Below, in pieces: positions 45,926 through 56,710 of a stretch of 64,000 bases of DNA. Within the stretch, counting starts at the first letter, position 1, and each line of letters starts with the position of its first letter. The DNA is from Candidatus Aenigmatarchaeota archaeon (GTDB lineage Archaea; Aenigmatarchaeota; Aenigmatarchaeia; GW2011-AR5). Position numbers and translations under genes: made by a program. The notes under the pieces are model-generated. The model ran no database searches and had not been told where the DNA came from. It worked only from the letters and a program-made list of their open reading frames with translations. The DNA is taken from NCBI GenBank assembly GCA_043799385.1, contig JAZDNV010000001.1:32265-96264 (forward strand), read 5' to 3'.

Positions 45926-47083
45926 TTATAATCCAGCGTCTTTTCTAAGTGCGCTCGCCTTGTCAGTCTTTTCCCATGTGAAATCAGGGTCGTCCCTGCC
46001 GAAATGACCGTAACAGGCGGTTTTTTTGTATATCGGTCTCAGCAGGTTCAGGTTTTCTATCACTGCGCGTGGCCTCATGTCGAAGTGCTTGGTGACCAAC
46101 TCTAAAATTTTTTCATCCGGCACCTTACCGCTGCCGAGTGTATTCACCATCACTGATACGGGCTTAGCCACACCGATTGCATACGCTATCTGGACTTCGC
46201 ACCTTTCAGCTAAACCAGCAGCAACAATATTTTTTGCAACGTATCTCGCCATATATGCTCCAGAGCGGTCGACTTTAGACGGATCTTTGCCTGAAAAACA
46301 ACCGCCACCATGACGACCGACTCCGCCATACGTATCGACGATAATCTTTCTGCCAGTGACGCCCGTATCACCCTCTGGGCCGCCGATTACAAACCGACCG
46401 GTTGCATTTATATGTATTTTTGTATTCTCGTCCATAAGCGTTCCGCAAATCGGTTTTATGACATTTTCCAGAATATCTTTCTTCAACACGTCTTCTGATA
46501 TATCGTCCTTGTGCTGCTGTGCGATGACGATTGCCTCAATTCTCGTTGGCTTATCGTCAACGTATTCAACAGTAACCTGTGACTTGCCGTCAGGACCTAT
46601 GTTATTTACAATATCGCGCTTTCTGACTTCGGCGAGCCTTCTCGTAAGCTTATGCGCAAGAATAATAGGTAGCGGCATAAGTTCATCAGTTTCATTGCAT
46701 GCATAGCCGTACATCATCCCCTGATCGCCTGCTCCCTGGTCTTTGTTGTCGGTAGCAGTAACGCCTTGCGAGATGTCAGGGCTCTGACCGTGGATAGAAA
46801 TCCATACGCCTGCGTCTTCAGAATCAATACCAAATCTAGGATCAGTATAACCAATCTCTTTCAAAACGCGCCTGGCGATATACTGAATATCGGCAAAACC
46901 GCGTGTAGTCACTTCACCAGCAACGTGAACAGTGCCAGTTGTCACTAATGTCTCGACAGCAACGCGTGAGTACGGGTCCTGGACTATAAGATTATCGAGT
47001 ATTGCATCACTTATCTGGTCACAAATTTTATCCGGATGACCTTCCGTTACACTCTCCGACGTTACCAAATACCTATTTTTCAT
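45926..47083 (-). CDS. metK: S-adenosylmethionine synthetase, bacterial/eukaryotic type (MetK)
   Basis: [36 protein letters not shown] and [22 protein letters not shown] are MetK-type signatures, not the archaeal MAT type. Start trimmed to MKNRYLV. Confidence 0.85.
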   Translation of the reverse strand: MKNRYLVTSESVTEGHPDKICDQISDAILDNLIVQDPYSRVAVETLVTTGTVHVAGEVTTRGFADIQYIARRVLKEIGYTDPRFGIDSEDAGVWISIHGQSPDISQGVTATDNKDQGAGDQGMMYGYACNETDELMPLPIILAHKLTRRLAEVRKRDIVNNIGPDGKSQVTVEYVDDKPTRIEAIVIAQQHKDDISEDVLKKDILENVIKPICGTLMDENTKIHINATGRFVIGGPEGDTGVTGRKIIVDTYGGVGRHGGGCFSGKDPSKVDRSGAYMARYVAKNIVAAGLAERCEVQIAYAIGVAKPVSVMVNTLGSGKVPDEKILELVTKHFDMRPRAVIENLNLLRPIYKKTACYGHFGRDDPDFTWEKTDKASALRKDAGL

Positions 47084-47185
47084 TAAATCACCATTTTTAT
47101 ATTCAAATTCACATTTAAATAATTTATTGTTAATAATATGCATAAATGCATAAAGTATTCACAGCATGAATAATAATCGATCATT

Positions 47186-47731
47186 ATGAAAGTAGACGAA
47201 ATAAAAATATTGAGGAAGAGCATGGACCTGACGCAGAGCGATCTCGCCAAGCTATCGGGCGTAAGCCAATCACTGATAGCTAGGATAGAATCGGGTAAAG
47301 TGGACACGTCCTTCTCCAAGGTTGAAAAAATATTCGATGCTCTGGAAAAATCAAAGAACAATAAAACAAAGCTAACTGCAAAGGACTTTATGAAAAAAAG
47401 TGTGATGAAAATCCACCCAAACGAAAGCATAACGAAAGCGGCAGTAATAATGAAGAGAAGAAATATATCGCAGTTGCCGGTGATAGACAACAACAACGTT
47501 ATAGGAACTATAAGCGAGAAGGAGATATCACACTCTATACTCAGAAATCCGAAGAAATTGCTGGTAAAGGATATAATGAGCGATTCTCTGCCTCTGGTCA
47601 GCGTAAACACCACGGTCGAGGTTCTTGCAGACCTTCTTGATTACTACCCGTCTGTTCTGGTGGCAGAGAACGGTAAGATAAAGGGAATAGTGTGCAGGTC
47701 TGATTTAATGAAGCTGATAAGAAATAAATAA
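47186..47731 (+). CDS. XRE-type HTH plus CBS-pair transcriptional regulator
   Basis: N-terminal LTQSDLAKLSGVSQSLIARIESGK (XRE HTH) followed by two CBS domains. Divergently transcribed from metK. Confidence 0.75.
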   Translation: MKVDEIKILRKSMDLTQSDLAKLSGVSQSLIARIESGKVDTSFSKVEKIFDALEKSKNNKTKLTAKDFMKKSVMKIHPNESITKAAVIMKRRNISQLPVIDNNNVIGTISEKEISHSILRNPKKLLVKDIMSDSLPLVSVNTTVEVLADLLDYYPSVLVAENGKIKGIVCRSDLMKLIRNK

Positions 47732-49009
47732 TCAACTGGCTGCAATTACTTCAAACGCTGTAGTTGCAAAAGCTGTTTTATAACTTTCGTTATACGCTGT
47801 TGCATTTATTGTGAACGTGCCAGGGTTTGCGTTTCCAGAAATAGTTTTTATCCACAGCGATTCGCCGGTCGAGTTTGTATACGAATAATTATAGTCGGTA
47901 TAACCGCTTGCATAAACCATGGTTATGTTGACCAGAACGTTTTCTACAGCGTTAGTGCCGTTTGTTACGATTGTATTTATTTTTACATCATTTCCGCGGA
48001 CGATTGTAGTATTCTCAATGTATATAGTCAAGTAAAGCTGTTGCTTCTCTATACACTCTTGCGTTTCGTTCGGCTTGTTCAACAGCGTTCCGCAGTTATT
48101 CACATCATAACAAGTCCGGTTTTGCTGGATATTCAAGCATTCGCTCCAAGCGCTGCAATTCCAACTCTCAACGCAATGACCTTCGCAACTAGGCGTGCAG
48201 TTGCTGCACACGCCGCTTATGCAGCTGTTATTACATACAGCAACATAGCCGTCGAGACACGTTGCACTTGATTCAGGACAAGTAATGCCTGCACAAGGGT
48301 CGTTGTGACCAGTGCAGTCAGGATTGCAAGAGCCGCATGCGCCGCTGCTGCATGTTGGTGTACAGCTAGCAACGTAGCTGTCAGGGCATGTACTTGTAAC
48401 CTGGGTGCAGACAACGCCGCTGCACGAATCAGTCGTTGTAGTGGTTGTCGTGGTAGGTTTCGAGTATGTGTATTGAGAAACAACGTTGCCGCTGCTATTG
48501 GTTAGCGTTGCCGTATCGCCGTCATCGTTCCACACAGATGATTTGTAGCCCCAGTACAAGTCATATGCGGTGTCGTTGCCAATGCCGCTGTGCACCCTTA
48601 TCGTCATGTTAGGTTTCAGTATAAAGTCCTTGAATTTGTACTCATGCGATGCCTTATCTTTTAGCGTCCAGCCGGAAAGGTTTACGGCAATTCCATTGCT
48701 CCGTATCATAACCCATTCGTCCCTTACATCCAAATATGGTATTGTAACGTTTACGCAGCATTCTGCTTTTTTCGTCTGGTTTGCAGTTTGATTGAACTGG
48801 GAATTGTTTATTCCAGGCGTCTGATTATAAATCTGACCAGTTAACATGCCAGTGCTTGGTATATTACTGATAGTTTCGTTTGAGATAACAGTTCTATTTA
48901 TAGTATTATTACTTTCGTTGTTTAGTCCTGTATTATTTACCAAGGCAACGTTGCCGGTTTCAACGCAGCATGAAACGAGCAGAACAAGGAGCAACAAAAG
49001 CCGCCGCAT
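47732..49009 (-). CDS. Secreted cysteine-rich surface protein with a lamin-tail-like domain and a Thr-rich linker
   Basis: Signal peptide MRRLLLLLVLLVS, an LTD-like beta domain, a TTTTTTT linker, multiple C-x-x-C / CxGxC repeats and many N-x-T/S sequons. Confidence 0.5.
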   Translation of the reverse strand: MRRLLLLLVLLVSCCVETGNVALVNNTGLNNESNNTINRTVISNETISNIPSTGMLTGQIYNQTPGINNSQFNQTANQTKKAECCVNVTIPYLDVRDEWVMIRSNGIAVNLSGWTLKDKASHEYKFKDFILKPNMTIRVHSGIGNDTAYDLYWGYKSSVWNDDGDTATLTNSSGNVVSQYTYSKPTTTTTTTTDSCSGVVCTQVTSTCPDSYVASCTPTCSSGACGSCNPDCTGHNDPCAGITCPESSATCLDGYVAVCNNSCISGVCSNCTPSCEGHCVESWNCSAWSECLNIQQNRTCYDVNNCGTLLNKPNETQECIEKQQLYLTIYIENTTIVRGNDVKINTIVTNGTNAVENVLVNITMVYASGYTDYNYSYTNSTGESLWIKTISGNANPGTFTINATAYNESYKTAFATTAFEVIAAS

Positions 49010-49049
49010 AATATATAACGCATTAAAATTTATTTAAGATTATTTTATC

Positions 49050-49709
49050 ATGTTCGTTACCGATGAACCGGCAATAGTGCTCGGCAAGACGCTGATAGTC
49101 GCAGATTTGCATATAGGGATAACAAGAGAGCTTTACGAGCACGGAGTGAAGATACCGAGCCAGACCAAACCGATTGCCGACAGGATAAACAAATTAAAGA
49201 AGAAGACAAAAACTAGTAGGTTAGTAATTCTTGGCGACGTAAAGCACAAGGTTCCTGGAGTAAGCTATCAGGAAATAATGGAAATACCGGAATTCTTCTC
49301 TTTATTGAAATTCAGAGACATTGTCATAGTAAAGGGCAACCACGACGGCAATATAGAAAGATTGGTGAGCGCCAAAGTAAAGAAATCACTCGCAGTCGGC
49401 GATTATCTTCTGACGCATGGTCATCGCAATGCCAGAACGAATAAAAATATCATAATCGGTCATAATCACCCGCACATAAAATTCCGTGATAAATTAGGCG
49501 CAACCTACGTTGAGCCATGCTGGGTAAGGGGAAAAATTGGCGAGCGGGAAGTGATAATGATGCCTGCATTCAACAAGCTGTGCGGTGCGACGATAGTAAA
49601 CGAGCAGACGCTGCTCGGGCCTATAGCGAAAAGGATTAAGTTCGCAAAAGCATACTTGTTGGATGGCACGGACCTAGGATATCTGAAAGACCTGAAAATC
49701 AGGAAATAA
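49050..49709 (+). CDS. Calcineurin-like metallophosphoesterase (MPE)
   Basis: Motifs ADLHIG, ILGDVKH, KGNHDG and GHNHPH. Confidence 0.7.
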   Translation: MFVTDEPAIVLGKTLIVADLHIGITRELYEHGVKIPSQTKPIADRINKLKKKTKTSRLVILGDVKHKVPGVSYQEIMEIPEFFSLLKFRDIVIVKGNHDGNIERLVSAKVKKSLAVGDYLLTHGHRNARTNKNIIIGHNHPHIKFRDKLGATYVEPCWVRGKIGEREVIMMPAFNKLCGATIVNEQTLLGPIAKRIKFAKAYLLDGTDLGYLKDLKIRK

Positions 49710-49739
49710 CTTTAAAGGTTTTCGTCCGTCCTTAATGAT

Positions 49740-52514
49740 ATGGTGTTTAATCTATTTTCTGAAAAACTGCAGAAACTGATAAAGGATAAAGGATTTCTCG
49801 AGCCGACGTTACCGCAGAGAATAGGGATACCAGAAATAATGAACGGAAAGGACGTTTTGATAATCGCGCCTACGGGCACTGGAAAGACGGAAACGTGCAT
49901 GCTTCCGTTGTTCGATAAGGTAGCAAAAGAAAATAGCAAGCCGATATCAATTTTGTATATAAATCCGCTGCGTTCGCTGAGTCGCGATCTCCTTGACCGA
50001 CTAGTTTGGTGGGCGGACAAGCTGGACCTAGACATATCTGTCCGCCATGGTGACGTTTCGGCTAAGGAACGTGCGGTGCAGCGTGAATTGCCGCCGCACG
50101 TGCTGATAACTACGCCAGAGACTTTGGCAGCAATATTAACTGGCAAAATCATGCGCGAACACCTGAAGAACGTCAAATACGTAGTGATAGACGAGATTCA
50201 TGAACTAGTGGAATCAAAGCGCGGCATTCAGCTATCGATTCTGCTTGAGCGGTTACGCGAGCTTGCCGGAAATTTCCAGCGAATAGGATTGTCTGCAACC
50301 GTAGGCTCGCCTGAGACTGTCGCAAAATTTCTGAGCGAAGACGCGAAGATAATCCACGCAGAGCAGGAGAAGAGATATGATATAACCGTTGAGTCCGTAA
50401 AACCGGCGGAGAGCGACAACGCAATCGCAGATGAGTTACTGATAGGCGCGACAACCACAGCAAGGCTAAGGCGTCTTCATGAACTGATACAATCGCACAA
50501 GAGCGTTCTCATTTTCACGAATACAAGAGAAACGGCAGAAGTTCTTTCATCGCGACTGCGAAGGCTGGACAGAGAACTAAAACAGGCAGTGCATCACGGT
50601 TCGCTTTCAAAGGAAAAGAGAATAAAGGGAGAACAAGACTTCAAGAAGCAGGCGCTGAGATCGCTGATTGCGACTAGCTCTCTGGAGCTGGGGATAGACA
50701 TAGGGTCGATAGATTTAGTAGTGCAGTATCTATCACCCAGGCAAGCGACAAGACTAATCCAACGCGTCGGCCGTGCAGGACATAAAATTAGCGAGGTGAG
50801 TAAAGGAATAATACTTTCCGGTGACGAGGATTTGTTCGAATCCGTTGTCATAGGCGAGCGTGCTATGTTAAAAAAACTTGAGGGTATAAAGATGCACGAA
50901 ATGGCTTTGGATGTTCTGGCTACGCAAATCGTTGGCTTGGCGTTGGACGAATACGATATCAGCGACGAAAAGATATTCAAGATAATCAAAAGAGCCTATC
51001 CTTACAGAAACATCCAGAAAAGCGAGTTAACAGATATACTGAAATTTTTGGACGACCTGAGGCTTTTGTGGCTCAACCCGACTAAAAATGGCTATAGCGT
51101 CAGGAGAAGAAGGAAATCTTGGCAGTACTATTTCGAAAATCTATCGACCATCCCGGACACAATCCAATACCGTATTATATCAATAATAGAAAACGAGCCT
51201 ATCGGTTTGTTGGACGAAGAATTCATCGCAGAGCACGGCATGCCTGGCGAGAAATTCGTCTGCTCAGGTCGCGCTTGGAAGATAATCCAGGTTGACGGCA
51301 ACAAAGTCACAGTTGAGCCTATAGAGGATATAGAGTCAGCAATACCAGCATGGGAAGGAGAGCTAATTCCCGTACCGTATAATGTTGGGCAGGAAGTAGG
51401 CAGATTGAGGAGAAATATATCAAAGGACCGTGATGAATTGACCAAGAAATACAAGATTGACCGCAATTCAGCAAATGAGATGACAAAACTGATTGAGAAT
51501 CATGCAAAGAACCACACGGTGCCTGACGATGCAAATTTTCTTATAGAAGACTATAGTGACTTCATAATAATCCATTCATGCTGCGGCTCTCTTGTAAACG
51601 ATACGATTGGAAGATATCTTGCTGCGCTGATAACGTCTGAGACGGGTGTCTCTGTAAACATGAAAATCGATCCATACAGGATAATGCTCCAGACAGTTGC
51701 AAAGGTCGAGAAGGTCGAGAAGATGTTGAAAGACGCCAAGAATCTGGAAAGCGTTCTGAGGTCAGAGATAGAGCGTTCGCAATTATTCAAGCACCGATTT
51801 CTGCAGGTTGCCAGAAGATTCGGTATACTCTCACGGAATGCGAGGTATGACAGAATTAACATGAATAAACTGATATCAGTTTATGCTGACTCGCCTGCGT
51901 ATAAAGAAACGCTCAAGGAGATATTCCTGGAAAAGATGGATTTAGAGAATGCAACAAATATTCTGGAGAAAATAGGCAAGGGCGAGATAAAAATAAAACT
52001 GCAGAAAGGTCTTAGTATTCTAGGCGAGCTAGGGTTGACGCATCAATTCGCGGAAGTGATGAAGCCAAGGATGCCAAAAGAGGAGATATACAGAGCCTTC
52101 AAGCGTCGGCTGCTGGCGACAAGAGTCCGTTTGCTATGCGTAAATTGTGGTGACTATAATCTCATTAGGACGGTTCGCGAGGTCGACGAGCAACCTGATT
52201 GCCCGAAGTGCAACTCGCGGTTGATTGCTTGTTTAAGAAAGAGCCAGATAAATGCAATAAATATAGTTAAGAAAAAGATAGGAAAAAAACCATTGAGCAG
52301 CGAAGAGCTGAAAGAATTCCAGACAATAAGAAGAAGTGCAGACCTTGTAATCGTATACGGCAGAAAAGCAGTCGAGTGCTTGGCTGCGCACGGCGTTGGC
52401 CCTGAGACGGCTGCACGTATTCTGGCAATGCAACAGCCGACAAAAGAGAGGTTCTACAAGGACATACTTGACGCAGAGAAGATGTTCGTCAAAACGAAGC
52501 CCTACTGGAAATAA
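49740..52514 (+). CDS. lhr: Lhr-type large superfamily-2 helicase with C-terminal zinc ribbon
   Basis: Walker A APTGTGKTE, DEIH box, helicase C motifs and a CVNCGDY...CPKCNS ribbon. At about 920 aa its length fits Lhr-core proteins. Confidence 0.8.
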   Translation: MVFNLFSEKLQKLIKDKGFLEPTLPQRIGIPEIMNGKDVLIIAPTGTGKTETCMLPLFDKVAKENSKPISILYINPLRSLSRDLLDRLVWWADKLDLDISVRHGDVSAKERAVQRELPPHVLITTPETLAAILTGKIMREHLKNVKYVVIDEIHELVESKRGIQLSILLERLRELAGNFQRIGLSATVGSPETVAKFLSEDAKIIHAEQEKRYDITVESVKPAESDNAIADELLIGATTTARLRRLHELIQSHKSVLIFTNTRETAEVLSSRLRRLDRELKQAVHHGSLSKEKRIKGEQDFKKQALRSLIATSSLELGIDIGSIDLVVQYLSPRQATRLIQRVGRAGHKISEVSKGIILSGDEDLFESVVIGERAMLKKLEGIKMHEMALDVLATQIVGLALDEYDISDEKIFKIIKRAYPYRNIQKSELTDILKFLDDLRLLWLNPTKNGYSVRRRRKSWQYYFENLSTIPDTIQYRIISIIENEPIGLLDEEFIAEHGMPGEKFVCSGRAWKIIQVDGNKVTVEPIEDIESAIPAWEGELIPVPYNVGQEVGRLRRNISKDRDELTKKYKIDRNSANEMTKLIENHAKNHTVPDDANFLIEDYSDFIIIHSCCGSLVNDTIGRYLAALITSETGVSVNMKIDPYRIMLQTVAKVEKVEKMLKDAKNLESVLRSEIERSQLFKHRFLQVARRFGILSRNARYDRINMNKLISVYADSPAYKETLKEIFLEKMDLENATNILEKIGKGEIKIKLQKGLSILGELGLTHQFAEVMKPRMPKEEIYRAFKRRLLATRVRLLCVNCGDYNLIRTVREVDEQPDCPKCNSRLIACLRKSQINAINIVKKKIGKKPLSSEELKEFQTIRRSADLVIVYGRKAVECLAAHGVGPETAARILAMQQPTKERFYKDILDAEKMFVKTKPYWK

Positions 52515-52534
52515 TTTAATAGTCTTCCGATGAA

Positions 52535-54814
52535 ATGTTTATTATGTTCTGCCTGCTGGACGCTGACTACATTATAGAAGGAGAGAAACCGGTAATACGC
52601 TTATTTGGAGTTGATGAGAGCGGAAAAGCGGTTATAGTCAAGGACGAGTTCAGGCCCTATTTCTACGCCCTGCCTAAAAACAAGGCGCTGTTGGAAAAAA
52701 AGCTGAAAGCAATGGATAATGTCACAGAGATAAAATACATTAAAAGAAAGATAGGCGGCGATGAAAAAAGCGTTATGCAAGTGTTCGTTGATTTACCGCA
52801 AAATCTGCAGGGGGTTCGCGACGAGATAAAGCGTATTGCGGATTGCTACGAATACTCGATAAATTTCTACAAGCGCTACCTGATAGACAAAAATTTCTAT
52901 CCACTAGACTGGATAACGGATAAGACGGAGAAAATAGAGAAGGATGATAATCCAAAGATGAAGATACTTGCATTTGACATAGAAACGGTAGATGACAGAA
53001 TCGTGATGATAAGCATCGCCGATAACACCGGATTTGAAAAAGTAATAACATCAAAGGATGAGAAAAGTATCCTTGAAGAATTTGAAGAAACGATACTGAA
53101 AACAGACCCACATATTATTGTTACGTACAACGGCGACAAATTCGATTTCGAAGTTCTTCGCGAGCGGGCAGATTATAACAAGATAGAATTAAAGCTTGGT
53201 GATGAAGCTTTCAAGTTCGCCCGCCGTGCGCACGCGAACTCTGCACGGATTTTTGGCCGCGTTCATATCGACTTGTTCAACTTCGTCTACAATATCTTAT
53301 CACCGCAACTGCAATCGGAGATACTGACGCTGAACGAAGTCTCAAGAGAGCTCGTAGGCGAAGGCAAAGAAGAGCTGTCGCTGGAAGAGATAATAAATCT
53401 ATGGAAGAATAATAGCAAAAAACTGGCAGAGTATTGCCAGAACGATTCAAGGCTGACATTAAAACTCGCGAACATGCTCCTGCCGCAAATCTTCGAGTTG
53501 GCAAAACTAAGTGGTCAACTACCTTTTGATTGCTCACGGTTGACTTATGGTCTTCTCGTCGAATGGTATCTGATAAGGAAAGCAAATGAGATGAACATTA
53601 TTGCTCCTAATCAACCGCACTGGAACGAGATACAGAAAAGGCGAGAACTAAAACCGTACAAAGGCGGCTATGTTATAGAACCGAAGCAGGGCCTGCACGA
53701 CAACATTGCTATATTTGACTTCCGCTCACTTTATCCGAGCATAATCGTTTCATTCAACATATCGCCAGAGACATTAAACTGTTCTTGTTGTAAAAGCAAT
53801 AGATACAAAGTTCCAGGAATGGATTATTATTTCTGCAAGAGGAACGAGGGTTTCATACCAAAACAAGTAAAGAAATTGATAGAGAAACGCCAGGAGATAA
53901 AAGAAAGAATGAAAAAAGCGGGTAAAGAAGAAATAAAATCTCTGGACGAGCAGCAGCGTGCAGTGAAAATAATCGCTAATGCGACTTACGGCTATCTCGC
54001 TTACCCAGGCTCAAGATGGTATTCTCGCGAGTGCAGTGAAAGCGCTGCGGCTTTTGGTCGCGACAGCATCAAGAGAACGATAAGCGAGGCGGAGAAATTT
54101 GGCTTTGACGTTCTCTACGGCGATACTGATTCGCTCTTTGTAAAGATGAAAGGAAAAGACGTAGGAAGAGAATCTGAAAAATTCCTTGAGAAGATAAACA
54201 AGTCATTGCCAGGTATGATCGAACTTGAGATGCAAGGCATTTATGAGAAAGGTTTGTTCGTTCCGCAGCGGCTAGGCAATTACGTTGCAAAGAAGAGATA
54301 CGCCTTAATCGACAAGAAAGGAACGCTAACAATACGCGGTCTCGAGACCGTGCGGCGTGACTGGTGCAAGATTGCAAGAAGTTTGCAGCGTGATGTGATA
54401 AGGCTGGTTCTTACCGGCAAAGAGAAAAAAGCGATAAAGGAAGTAAGAGAAGCGGTAAAGAGAGTCAAGGCAAGGAAAGTCTCGTTGAGCGAGCTGATGG
54501 TCACAACGCAACTAGGAAAGGCGTTGAGCGATTACAAGGCGATAGGACCGCACGTCGCAGTCGCAAAGAAACTGGAAAAGGAAGGCCATGAAATTCGTGA
54601 AGGCATGCTAATCAGTTTCATCATCACAAAAGGCCATGGTTCAATATCCGAGCGAGCCGAGCCAATAGATAAAGTCACGATAAATGATTATGACATCGAC
54701 TACTACCTGAATAACCAGATAATATCGGTCGCATTGCGGGTACTGCAGGTCTTCGGTTATAAGGAAGAAGACTTTTTGGAAGCCGGTATGAAGAAATTTT
54801 ATAAAACTAAATGA
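52535..54814 (+). CDS. Second family B DNA polymerase, complete, with intact exonuclease and polymerase motifs
   Basis: Exo I FDIETV, FDFRSLYPSII and YGDTDS are present; 759 aa. Confidence 0.85.
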   Translation: MFIMFCLLDADYIIEGEKPVIRLFGVDESGKAVIVKDEFRPYFYALPKNKALLEKKLKAMDNVTEIKYIKRKIGGDEKSVMQVFVDLPQNLQGVRDEIKRIADCYEYSINFYKRYLIDKNFYPLDWITDKTEKIEKDDNPKMKILAFDIETVDDRIVMISIADNTGFEKVITSKDEKSILEEFEETILKTDPHIIVTYNGDKFDFEVLRERADYNKIELKLGDEAFKFARRAHANSARIFGRVHIDLFNFVYNILSPQLQSEILTLNEVSRELVGEGKEELSLEEIINLWKNNSKKLAEYCQNDSRLTLKLANMLLPQIFELAKLSGQLPFDCSRLTYGLLVEWYLIRKANEMNIIAPNQPHWNEIQKRRELKPYKGGYVIEPKQGLHDNIAIFDFRSLYPSIIVSFNISPETLNCSCCKSNRYKVPGMDYYFCKRNEGFIPKQVKKLIEKRQEIKERMKKAGKEEIKSLDEQQRAVKIIANATYGYLAYPGSRWYSRECSESAAAFGRDSIKRTISEAEKFGFDVLYGDTDSLFVKMKGKDVGRESEKFLEKINKSLPGMIELEMQGIYEKGLFVPQRLGNYVAKKRYALIDKKGTLTIRGLETVRRDWCKIARSLQRDVIRLVLTGKEKKAIKEVREAVKRVKARKVSLSELMVTTQLGKALSDYKAIGPHVAVAKKLEKEGHEIREGMLISFIITKGHGSISERAEPIDKVTINDYDIDYYLNNQIISVALRVLQVFGYKEEDFLEAGMKKFYKTK

Positions 54815-55964
54815 CGATATCACCATTCTTCATCAATATCTTACCGTTATAAATCGTGTAAATTGCTTTTCCAGGAAAGACGTATCCTTCAAACGGCGAC
54901 CACCCACATTTTGTCTGTAAATCCTCTTTTCTTATTTTTGTTTTTTTCATATTTAGAATGGTTAGGTTTGCAATAAAATTTTCTTTTATTCGACCAGCAT
55001 CGATATCCAGAAAGCTGGCTGCATTCATTATCAACTGAGCAATCTGTTCTGGTTTCATCTCGTTCAATAACCACGAAACAATATTTCCGTATGTATCCAG
55101 TCCAGGAAAGCCAGAAGCACCATTTTCCTTATCCTCTAACGTGTGAGGAGCATGGTCAGTGGAAAGCATGTCTATTGACCCGTCTTTTAACGCATTCAAC
55201 AGGGCAGACATGTCTTCTTCTGTACCCGGTTCAGGTTTAACATCTTTACGATTATTCTTTGTAAAGAACAGATAATGAGGGCATGTCTCGCATGTCAACT
55301 GCACCTTATTTTTGTATTTCTTTATTATTTCTATTTCCACTTTCTTGGATAGATGAGCAATATGGGTTCTTGCATTATATTTTTTGCATATTTTCAGTAT
55401 CGTTTCTAAATCTTCAGGATGACAATGAAACACAACAGGCTTCTTTGTTTTTGATATCGCTTTCACCGTCGGTTCCAGCTTGCTTCTATCCAGAATCAGA
55501 TTTCCCGTCGTTTCGGCGAAATAAATTTTATAACCGCAAACAAGCTTGGCCATTTTTTTTATTTCTGATAAATTTTCTGTTGTGACGCCGCCGTAGAATA
55601 AAACATCAATCATCGATTTTTTTGCCAGTTTCTGCCTTTCAAACACTTGCTCTTTGCTTATTGCTGGTAATGGCGTGTTTGGCATATCCGCTACGGTGGT
55701 AACGCCGCCATGTATGGCCGCCCTACTACCTGAAACAAAGTCTTCTTTGTAGTTCCATTTTCCTGAAGCGTCTTCACGCAAATGCACGTGACAATCAATG
55801 AAACCCGGGAAAATCAGGCATGAATCGTCAAGGACTAAGGATTTTTTTCCGGCTATCCTGCCGTCAGATATTCTTTTGATTCTGTCACCAACTATACCGA
55901 TATTTGATTCATAAACACCATTGATATCAACGATTCTGCCAGAAACAACCAGGTCGTAAATCAT
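54807..55964 (-). CDS. pyrC: Dihydroorotase
   Basis: Amidohydrolase metal-binding DCHVHLRE at the N-terminus, in pyr-cluster context. Confidence 0.8.
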   Translation of the reverse strand: MIYDLVVSGRIVDINGVYESNIGIVGDRIKRISDGRIAGKKSLVLDDSCLIFPGFIDCHVHLREDASGKWNYKEDFVSGSRAAIHGGVTTVADMPNTPLPAISKEQVFERQKLAKKSMIDVLFYGGVTTENLSEIKKMAKLVCGYKIYFAETTGNLILDRSKLEPTVKAISKTKKPVVFHCHPEDLETILKICKKYNARTHIAHLSKKVEIEIIKKYKNKVQLTCETCPHYLFFTKNNRKDVKPEPGTEEDMSALLNALKDGSIDMLSTDHAPHTLEDKENGASGFPGLDTYGNIVSWLLNEMKPEQIAQLIMNAASFLDIDAGRIKENFIANLTILNMKKTKIRKEDLQTKCGWSPFEGYVFPGKAIYTIYNGKILMKNGDIVI

Positions 55965-56710
55965 ACACTTACCATTTTTCCGATTTCGTTTCTCTTTGAT
56001 CTACCAAAATCCGAGTTCACGATAGCACTGTATCTGAATATCGGGCCGTCTTTGCAAACACGCAATCCGCTCAGTTCGCAGTTGCCGCATATACCACAAC
56101 CACACTTCATATACCTTTCAAGAGAGAGTATTATATTCTCAGGCGTTTTTATTTTCTGTACGCATGCAAGCATCATTTTTTCAGGACCGCAGATGAAGAA
56201 CTGGGCATCGTCATCTTTAACCAAATCTGTGACAAATCCGCAGCTACCGCAAGAGCCATCATTCGTTGTAATGAGCAGATTCGATTTTTTTCTGAATCTA
56301 TCAGCGAATACAAGACCATCCTTTGACCTTGCTCCTAAGATCACTGTAGGTTTCTCGTTCAGCCATTCGGCAAAAAACGCTAAAGGCGCGGCACCGGTTC
56401 CGCCTGCTATCAAATATTTCTTGGAGTCTCCGACAAAGTCTATGAACGAATTGCCGTAAGGGCCACGAATCCATAATTTATCGCCAATATGTAAGTCGAA
56501 TAAACTCTTCGTGAATGGCCCCAACATCTTAACGGTTATACCATTTTCATAAGATAATGAGAAAGGCTTTTCATTTATTCCAGGTAGCCATACCATTACA
56601 AATTGGCCAGGCATTGCATCAATCTTTTTATCAAGGAAGAACGTCCTGACGTTCTTTGCCTCGTCAACAACATCAATTATCTTGCAAACCTCATACATGT
56701 GCGACACCAA
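55961..56710 (-). CDS. pyrK: Dihydroorotate dehydrogenase electron-transfer subunit (FAD/[2Fe-2S])
   Basis: Flavin reductase-like fold with a C-terminal CGCGICGNC cluster; overlaps pyrD. Confidence 0.85.
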   Translation of the reverse strand: MVSHMYEVCKIIDVVDEAKNVRTFFLDKKIDAMPGQFVMVWLPGINEKPFSLSYENGITVKMLGPFTKSLFDLHIGDKLWIRGPYGNSFIDFVGDSKKYLIAGGTGAAPLAFFAEWLNEKPTVILGARSKDGLVFADRFRKKSNLLITTNDGSCGSCGFVTDLVKDDDAQFFICGPEKMMLACVQKIKTPENIILSLERYMKCGCGICGNCELSGLRVCKDGPIFRYSAIVNSDFGRSKRNEIGKMVSV

